64,000 nt of DNA from Trichosphaerium sp. ATCC 40318. Its lineage: Eukaryota; Protista; Tubulinea. Positions within the stretch are counted from its first letter, which is position 1. Every line of letters begins with the position of its first letter. The stretch spans positions 186,001 through 250,000 of the forward strand of contig JALMLS010000329.1 of the NCBI GenBank assembly GCA_038496445.1. Direction: 5' to 3'. Positions 53,101-64,000 of the stretch are shown in pieces. The notes beneath the pieces are model-generated. The model was not told the origin of the DNA. It ran no database searches and saw only the letters and a list, made by a program, of their open reading frames with translations. Made by a program: the position numbers and the translations under genes.

Positions 53101-54301
53101 TTTTTTTATCTACCTTCACACTTATGATACTTAGACATGGTTCATTAGCCAACGCATTGGTTAGTTTGTATCCAGATACCGATTTTGCTTTACATAGATT
53201 CCCGTACGTTCAATAAGGCGTATGCATACGCTATTTTGATTAAGTAACTCGTAGTATACATGTTATTCCTGATTCAGTAGACGAGATTGTTCTCGACTCA
53301 AATAATGTGTTCCGTTCCTGGCGATACCTTAACTCATCATTCAATAGTACGTAGTTGTTTCAATTGTAGTACTGTGCCTGTATCATTTACGCGTCATTTA
53401 AGGAACTGAACCAAAATACCACTACAAACAGAGGACGCTGTTGTGGTCTGTCTTCAGGGAAATGGCAGCAAGTAGTACTATAAACCTTATTGATAAAATG
53501 CATGAAAGACCTGGACAATTGAACATAAAACAGATAACTATGGTCGCTGATGGAACTAATCAAGCTGAATACTCTCAAACAATGTACGTTGTAATCCAGT
53601 CAAAGTAGACTTAATGACTTTTTACTTAAGTTATAAAAATGTCCGCGTAAACATGCACGGTAAAGGGAGCTTCAAAGACGCTGATGAAGCGTTAGTTGAT
53701 TACCTTAACAAAGTACCTGACCCAAAGAAGGTATTGGTTGTAACAAGCGACACGTAAGACTATTTTTTATGAAACAAGTTAACTCTAACTACGCATCAGA
53801 GAACTCAAAGCACGGCTTGCTCAGAGCGTAGAAGAGTCAATGCACCATATGTACTCTATTGACTACTTATCGTACTTGGGCAAATTGAGTGGTCAAGGGA
53901 GAGATAACAGACTGCTTGAAGAACTCAATCGCGCCATTTATAAGACAGTGACTGACTCATTTTTGCAAAATTTCTTTCCGACTACGCAGGCCGTTCTCAC
54001 AAAAGTAACTACGGCGCTCGGTAAAACACAACACAAGCACGCGAACCAAGTTCAAAAGATTGTGGATGCGTCTATTGACAACTTGACACATTTCACTATT
54101 GGAGGAGGTAGCGATCTTCTCAAGAAGCTCGGCATAGATCAGATTGATGCTACTCTAGCTACTGAGCTAGAACAGAAGTTCATTCTAGCTGAGAACGGCA
54201 TTATGAAAAACGCGCCTGTAGTACCAAAATTTATTCCTAAGAGACGAGTCAAATCTAGGACATCTGCACATAAAAACTCTACTGTACATAGCAAAAAATA
54301 A
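50146..54301 (+). CDS. Putative mitochondrial protein: Trp-rich helical repeats + Q/P-rich insert + NYN (YacP/Rae1-like) nuclease domain
   Basis: About 12 exons with GT-AG introns; N-terminus MWRVLYSPKSALHSRSTQSTQLYHKGFSTS; repeats xWYxV...GG..L...YP...W..WKF...P..YW; C-terminal IVLDSNNV...TMVADG...DADEAL...VLVVTSDTEL. Confidence 0.7.
51040..52225 (+). repeat. Gln/Pro/Lys/Thr low-complexity coding region
   Basis: CAA/CCA/ACA-rich sequence within one long exon. Confidence 0.9.
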
Positions 54302-54677
54302 TACGTAAAAAGTTAAAAAAAAAAAAATAAAGCGAGAACAACAAAACCTCCCAACTAACACTGAATTTGGATATACGAGTGGGTATGTTAATGCCACACA
54401 TTGGTTAAAGTGCTGGTAGTATTTGCGTCGTTATCTCTAAAAGGCAACTTTGGTGGGCAGCTTTTACGGCAAGTACAGAAATAGTACAAAAAAGCGCTTA
54501 ATTACGCCTGAACAACCAAAAAATAGCTAGTTGTTAGTTGTGTATGCTCTTTTATCTATCTCTGGTACGTTTTTGGCCGTTAAGAAAATAGTTGCGAAAA
54601 TAATTCAAATTTCGCAACGGCCTTCAAAAGAGGCCATACGTGAAGCGTAATAACGGAAGGTTTCTTGAAGAATCACC

Positions 54678-56974
<2,297 letters not shown>

Positions 56975-57509
56975 AATTCTATCACCTACCACCTTCCTCG
57001 CCCCCAAATACCTGTAGCTTGTTGTACTTTATTAGAACTTTTTCCTCACTGTAAATAAAAACTGGCCAATGTGTCGCGTGTAACATGCGATGGTCTTCAC
57101 ATATCTTGTTTGCACGTGAAAATTAGGCAATTGGTAGTTATAGCCTTCCGCTTCCAAACTACTTCATTTAGCCTTGTTTAAAGACACAGTGGCGGAAACT
57201 AGTATTAAACTCATTGCTAGAAACAAAGAATTGATGCAGCACAATTATTTATTCACTCTGTTTTCAGTTGTAGTTAACTTTAACTTCTCGAAATGTAAAC
57301 GGTCCATCAAGAAAGTTGCAAAAGAAACAACTGAAACATTTTCTTTTCTGGTTTCTCAGCCAAGTCGTATTCAATAGTGCAACTTTTGAATGTATTTTTG
57401 AACAAGATGAGGGTATTGTGGTCTACCTCGTTGCTTATTCATTATAGCACGTACAGTACGCTGCCAATAACGGACTCTTGCCTTATGTTCCTCTCTTACT
57501 TTTTTTTTG

Positions 57510-57998
57510 CTACTCCTTTATCATCCAAGGTTGCAAATAATTCGATCCTTGTTCCTTCCAATGACAACTTTGGTTTATGGTGCGTTTACATATAAGGTAA
57601 TCCAGAGCAGTTCCTCGGTCATGATTCTTAACTTGAGCAACACGTTGTCTTACAACTATGTCGTTCGAATTGATAAAACTTGTCTTGAAATTGATTGGCT
57701 TCAGGTATGTTCGCACTTGATGTCCGTTTCTGTACTCGCATACAACAACATTTGCGAACTCTGGGTACTTGAATGCATCATATTGGTTCATTGCAGTCCT
57801 CATAATAACGCGACTAAGCGTTAACCTGTTTCTCTCATTCTCTGTCAATGTAGTCCTAGCAATGAGAGCAAAGTACGGACCTGGTCCACCATCTTTTTCA
57901 TTTTTAGGGAAAATGACTGCCTTACAGTGAGAGCAAGATACCATTGCAAGCAGGTAACACGCTAGAATAGCGAACAGCATGACTGCTGCTCTTGCCAT
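57510..57998 (-). CDS. Small intronless secreted hypothetical protein
   Basis: Signal peptide MARAAVMLFAILACYLLAMVSC followed by about 140 aa of open frame; no family recognised. Confidence 0.55.
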   Translation of the reverse strand: MARAAVMLFAILACYLLAMVSCSHCKAVIFPKNEKDGGPGPYFALIARTTLTENERNRLTLSRVIMRTAMNQYDAFKYPEFANVVVCEYRNGHQVRTYLKPINFKTSFINSNDIVVRQRVAQVKNHDRGTALDYLICKRTINQSCHWKEQGSNYLQPWMIKE

Positions 57999-58447
57999 TC
58001 TGTCTGTTTTTGCTTTTTGAATGTTCCAAATTAAGGAGATATGGAAACTTACGGAAACTAGTTTATTATTGACTATACACACCCCTTGCAATACAGAAAA
58101 ACTATCTGCAGCTCACATTATACGGTACAACTTACTTAAAAGGGCGGGGTAGATCCGAAAAGCTCAAACTATGTGGAAACGCCTTGGTGCCATGTGTGCG
58201 AGCGAAAAAAATAGTTATAAGTAGTAGACAAAAAGTAGGAGCAATTTAGGGAATAGTTAGTTCGTAAGGCGTTGAAACGCTCACACTTCACGTAACAGTG
58301 TAAAAGAGTTCTATTCTCACCGTTTTTACCAGTAACAGCATTTACGGCTGTCTATAAAAAGAAGACCTTTACCTTTTTTGTGAACTCGCTCTTTTTGGTA
58401 TGTTGTGGTTCTCGATCCACTTCGACACTATTTAATAGGGTCTAACA

Positions 58448-59269
58448 TCAAGTAACTTGGTCCTTTTTGTACTGACAGTGTACTAACAGTCTTCCATTTT
58501 TACTCCACTGTTTGAATTCTCCATCCTTTTTATCGTCTAAGAACCAACAATGAACAAATATTTGTCCATTACTATGCCATTGCTTATATTCTCCTTCTTT
58601 TTTACCATCTTTTATAAAAACAGACATGTACTTCGATCCATTCTTGTGCCACAACTCAAGCTTTCCTTCAATATTACCCTTCCTGTATCTACACTTCTCA
58701 TGCAATTGCCCATTATCATACCACTGGTTGTACAATCCTTCACGTTTTCCTCGAGCATAAAAACAACGAACATTTAATTCGCCATTTTCATGCCACTCAG
58801 AACATTCACCTTCTATTAACCCTCTTTTAAAGAAACAATAACCTTCCAGTTGTCCACTATCGTGCCACCACATATGCTTACCTTCTTGTAATCCCTCTCT
58901 TACATAACCTTGTGCCTGTACATATCCTGTATCCTCGGCATACTCTTCCCAAAAGCCAGTATCATTTCGCCACCATCTTCGACATATTTTGCCTGTGTTG
59001 TAGAAACTTATCCATAATCCTTTCGGCTCTAAGTTCCTTGTGAACCTTGTCATAACAGCTGACTTTTTACAAAGTAAAGGCCAAGATATAAAAGCGTCTC
59101 TGTTCAGAGTTGATGCGTACTGTTGTATTTCAGAAGGAAGGGAAAGTAGTCCTTTCTTTTTTCTTCTATTTTCACGTGCACCACGTGATTTTAAAAGTAA
59201 GAGCAAACATTGTTGTCGAATAGATACAGAATTCAAATTAAAAGGAGTAGTGTTGCAGTACGACTCCAT
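58448..59269 (-). CDS. MORN-variant (YwqK-like) repeat protein with an F-box-like N-terminal motif
   Basis: Six or seven repeats of GxxEGxYxxWHxNGQL; LLSLPSEIQ motif; single open frame. Confidence 0.8.
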   Translation of the reverse strand: MESYCNTTPFNLNSVSIRQQCLLLLLKSRGARENRRKKKGLLSLPSEIQQYASTLNRDAFISWPLLCKKSAVMTRFTRNLEPKGLWISFYNTGKICRRWWRNDTGFWEEYAEDTGYVQAQGYVREGLQEGKHMWWHDSGQLEGYCFFKRGLIEGECSEWHENGELNVRCFYARGKREGLYNQWYDNGQLHEKCRYRKGNIEGKLELWHKNGSKYMSVFIKDGKKEGEYKQWHSNGQIFVHCWFLDDKKDGEFKQWSKNGRLLVHCQYKKDQVT

Positions 59270-59665
59270 AATGTGGTCAATAGGAACGAGTTGATCAAAG
59301 ATGTTTTCAGATACACGATTTGTCTTCTTTCGTTGTGTAAATGTGATGGTACATATTCTTTTGCATACATATGAATAAAACCAGTGTATTAAGGAGCAAA
59401 CAATTGAAAATGGATGTCTAAAGTGCCCTGTCAGCAATATAAATGGTGTGGAGGATGCTCAAGCGACAGTTTAACTTGAGAGCGACTCTTAAAAGTCCTA
59501 CCTAACATACTGGAGGATTGACAGTATGAATTGTATTGTACTACTATTGTTATGACCAGGGACCATACCGATGTTGTAAAAAAGTCACGTGTTTTTAAGT
59601 TAATGTACAAGGTTTTTTTTTGACTTTTTTATTTTTTTTATGTCATTTGCAATCAATAAGCAGAA

Positions 59666-62600
59666 TTAAACTATAACTACCAATAGTAGGGCTAATATAG
59701 CCATCGCAATGCTATGGATTGGTAAGGTACCAGTACTAGCGATATTTGTTGAATTTGATGGAGAGCTAGTAGGCACAACAGATGCTTGAGGTGCGTTTGT
59801 AGTTGGCACAATAGGAGCGATTGTGGTAGGTACAACAGGAGCTTTTGGTGCTTCTGTAGGGCTTTCTGTAGGTGGGATTGGTTGTGTAGGCGCAACAGAT
59901 GCTCGAGGTGCGCCTGTAGTTGGTATAAAATATGCTTGAGGTGCGCCTGTAGTTGGCACAACGGATGCTTGAGGTGCACTTGTAGTTGGCACAACAGATA
60001 CTTGAGGTGCGTTTGTAGTTGGCACAGATGCTTGAGGTGCGTCTGTAGTTGCCACAACAGGAGCGATTGTAGTAGGTACAACAAGAGCTGTTGGTGCTTC
60101 TGTAGTAGGTATTGTAGGTGGTGGCAATGGAGAGAGGTTATCATCTATACATTGAAGCGTTGTTGGGTCATAGCATGTTGCTGGGGAGGGCAGTTAGTAT
60201 TATACATAAGCTGTCACTACAATATTAACGTGTACCTCCACAAACAAGGTCGGAGTCATTTGCACATATTGTACCATTGTGACATGATTCTGTAGGTTGA
60301 TAACACCCACCAATTCCGAGAGCACCCGCTACAAAGAGTTTAAGGGGTTTACAGTTTCATTGGATTGTACCTGAACAGTATGATTGACCCTGAGCACAAA
60401 CAATACCTTCAATGCACGTTTGTGAATTAGAATTATAACACGTGCCAATAGCACTATTGGTACCACCTTTTCAGACAAACAGTGTTAGTGGTAATGAGCA
60501 ACATAAAAAGGTACCTGGACAGTAGACTTCATCAATGTTACAAACAGCGCCTAGGTGACATGTCTCAGCAGTCGTTTCGTAGCAAGCACCTGTGTTATTA
60601 TTTGAGCCACCTATCCGGAGTGTCAAATACGTGAGTAGCTTGTACGTACTAAAACTAACCTGTGCAGTATTGGTATCCATTATTGCAAACAGCTCCTTCA
60701 TCACAGTTTTGTGTTAAGGTATCATAGCAACTTCCATTTACATCGTTTGATCCAGCTGCTAGCAGATTAATGACTGTGAAAGCAATCACCACGTACGTGG
60801 GCAAAACACTAGACCACCTTGGCATGAAGCGCCGTTAAGGCACACTTCACCACTTACAAGGCAACTTCCGGCCTCATTATTTGATCCAGCTAAACGCATT
60901 TAAGTAACTAAATCAACTGCTTATTCTGAATTCGTACGTGGGCAGTATGTCTCAGTTGAAGAACATATTGTTCCATTGGTACATGAATCCCCGGCTGAAA
61001 GGCATCCTCCAGGACCAGCGCCAGCTGAAAGGTGTCAAAGGGTCGAAAGTACTATCACAAGATTGACGCACGTGCACAAAAAGTTTGACCTGTGGAACAA
61101 ACAATCCCTCCAAAGCACACTTGGCTACTAGAAGATATGCATGATGTAGGTCCATTAGCACCTAAAGCATTTAGGCATAAACAAAATATATAGAACAAGT
61201 TTCAGCTTAAGCAATAGAAGAGCTCCAGAAGGTTGCAAATGATACTCACCCTGGCAGAGAGTTTGACTTGAAGAACAAACTAGCCCATCGTTGCAAGTTT
61301 CTCCAGCACCATAGCATCCACCAGCACCATTAGAACCGGCTGTAGATTGTGTTAGATATAAAACAGAGCCAATATATACGTACATTGACACCAGTTAGGT
61401 GTTGATGTAGGACATAATCGGCGTCCAGATGCATCTGAAATACAAACAAATGAATTTATATCAAAACACTGTCCACTGCTCGGAGCACCAAAATCTTAAC
61501 CAAAAAATGTTAACTACAAAGAAAGGAACATGTTTGTTGTAAGCTCGTACCAGGACACCAATCGCTCGAGGTACCAGAACATACACGTCCTTGAATACAA
61601 GAATCCTGTGTAGTATCATAGCATACACCTGGCGACATTGTAGTATTGTCATATTGACCAGCTGTAGTAAGCAAATGCGGTGAGCAAAAGTGATAGGTTT
61701 TAACAAAACGTACGAGCACAGATGTTCGAAGTCAAGCAAACAGATGTACCAACACATGCCTCCGTTGAAGGATCAAAGCACTGAACTGCACCTAAAATAG
61801 TGGCAATTGAGTTTTCAGGCATAGATTCTCCTTTTGAGAGTCTAACATACCGGAACAGTAGTGTGTCTTCAAACAAATGTCATTTGCAAGGCACTCATAT
61901 AGGATAGGATCATAGCATGAGCTGTTGACTAGGGTTTGAAATAAGCAAATTGGAGTTTAGAAGAGCAGTCTCGTACAAGCGCAATATTCCTCTGGAGGAC
62001 ACCCAGAAGGGGCACATGTCTCGGTACTAGGATCATAGCACATTCCAGTAGCTGAAAATAGAAGTTAGGTATTTGATACAATAAAGGGAATTAAGTGACT
62101 TACATTGACAAAATTCACCGATTTTACAGATGTAAATCCCTCCACACACGTGTGTTGTAGGATTGAAGCACATTCTTGCGCCTGCGCAGTATTGATCGAT
62201 AGGACAAGGTATATTCTCTTCTGGGCCATCAACTGCACAGTTACAGTCGCTACAGGCTTCTGGTGTACCACATAGTTCGGCTTCAAAGCAAGTTAAAATT
62301 TGTTTATAGGATTGTATTAAAGCACCTTCTGCTACAGTACAGAGTCCATTTCCGCATGTTTCGATAATTGCACAAGGTTCTGTCATGAAAACGATACCTT
62401 CATTATGTTTACTGACCATTGTAGTTCGTATTCTATCAACAACACGTTCGCTATTAGTTCCATGTGCACCAACTTTACCCATTGATCTAAGGTAAAATCA
62501 GATTAAGATAGTGATATTCCATACGCACAAAGCAATATTATTAAAGTTACCCAATGTATAACAATAGCTCATAATACTTCCACCATCCTGTGGTACCACT

Positions 62601-64000
62601 CTACCAGAACCTTTTGAATATTTGTCAGTTGGATACTTTATTCTCCTTTGGTTGTACCCGAGTAGCAGTTGTTTCCAGCTTCAGTATTAAAGCACGTATC
62701 AATAGGTGCAGCTCCACTCGTTGGTATGTTTCCGTAACAGTGACTGTGTGGTGATCCAATAAGATGTCCTTTTGGAATATTATGAGAATAAACAACATAA
62801 CAATTGAACTAAATGTATAAAGCATACCAGCCTCATGTGCTATCGTCACAAGATTAGAACGGTAACCTCCTAGATTCTCATCTGCTATATATATTGCCCC
62901 AGTACTCTCTACACTAAATATTAGATATGTCGTTTGGTATTTCTATCTCACTATTGGGTAGGGAAGATCGGAAGCAAGCCTAAAAATTGGTGAGATTAAA
63001 TTCAATGTACTGAAATATGTACTCCACTGGCGAACGCTCTGCCTTTGTCACCAAAACTTGCACTAGACTTGGCTGTCAATAAAAGAATGATATCATGTGT
63101 GAGGGCTCTACGAGTTGAACTAAAACGCCAATTTAGTACAATGAAAATGTTCCTTACCGCACTCTGTATAGTATGTCCTAAGCTGATCCAACATGCCTAA
63201 CAAACACTATAGTTAGTTTCAAGCTGCTCAACCGTTATTCAATACCTGTCGTTGCGCCTCTAGTTTCTATAAATGGACCAGTAAAAGGACCATCATCTTG
63301 TGTACGTATAAACAAATGTGTCATCTCAACACTCATATTCAAGTCACGTTGATACATCCAGTTTGTAGCACTAAAAAACGTTAGCAATTTAATATATGTC
63401 AACTACTAGCAACGAGGTTTATCTTACCTAATATACAAACCAACTGATTGTACTAGATTCGTAATGCTTCCTTGTCTGTCGGTTAAAAAAAGTTAGTTTC
63501 TTGATTGATTGATTAATTCGACTCTTTCGTACTGAGTATAATACGTCATATCTGTTTCTATGATAACGCGAAGGCGCATACCTTGGCCTACATCAGTAAT
63601 TGTATTACGCTTTGAAAATGTTGCCAAAGGTTCAAACATTTGATCATGTGAATGATCATTTCCTTTCGACTTTGTATAATTTGTGTAGCTCTAGATCCAA
63701 ACAATGAATGATTTGAAATGCTTACTGTATATTCAGCGTACCTTGGTAGATATTTTCTTTGGTTTAAGCTGTATACCACCTGATGGGTGAGCAGATACTT
63801 GGAAATAGTCGCCATTGTGATCTATAAAAAAACCCCAAACATTAGATTTCTCGAACCTCCACAACCTCACAACACCCATAGTTTTCACGTACGTGCATGA
63901 CCAGATATGCTACCATCATCACGCTTTGCAATACTAACATGTGACGACTCATCACCATCAATATGTCCTTACAAAGGTAAGTCAAAAAGGAACTTTGCTT
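59666..64000 (-). CDS. Reprolysin-like (M12B) zinc metalloprotease + Cys-rich repeats + mucin stalk + GPI-like tail (5' end outside window)
   Basis: Spliced VTIAHEAGHLIGSPHSHC (HExxHxxGxxH) and Met-turn GSIMSYC; more than 10 mini-exons of CYDP..C or GGCY..C..G..C type; PTTxAP stalk; IAMAILALLLVVIV*. Confidence 0.8.
59760..60125 (-). repeat. PTTxAPQASVV mucin-type tandem repeats
   Basis: Repeated gcttgaggtgc...tgtagttggcac units. Confidence 0.9.

Noticed and set aside
59692-60295. Overlapping LQ-rich and Cys-rich ORFs
   Set aside because: Off-frame and antisense shadows of the PTTxAP stalk.

Overview
Gene-dense, AT-rich, intron-rich eukaryotic nuclear DNA in the standard genetic code. Introns are short (mostly about 40-150 nt) with a dominant GTACGT-type donor. 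Gene content (34-kDa actin-bundling protein family, SvkA-like kinase tail, PA-domain 7TM protein, stand-alone Frizzled CRD) suggests an amoebozoan-like protist; this is inference. About 27 genes were reconstructed by manual splicing. Housekeeping genes: UGP, CDK10-like, eIF3a, XPO1, GID8, ataxin-3, STE20/GCKIII kinase. Accessory genes: PARP-like ADP-ribosyltransferase, GH5 mannanase, RTX-repeat secreted protein, DUF4038 glycosidase, Crinkler-type REase+kinase effector, F-box/LRR, MORN-repeat and M12B protease. Best novelty candidates: (1) a probably mitochondrion-targeted protein joining Trp-rich helical repeats to a YacP/Rae1-like NYN ribonuclease domain, visible only after splicing (50146-54301); (2) a roughly 6-7-fold excess of the CACGTG palindrome, often inside introns; (3) recurrent GC-AG introns and one GA-AG intron; (4) a Josephin-UIM-UBX fusion; (5) a REase-kinase effector with a hyper-basic N-terminal header. 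All domain calls are by motif recognition; no searches were run.
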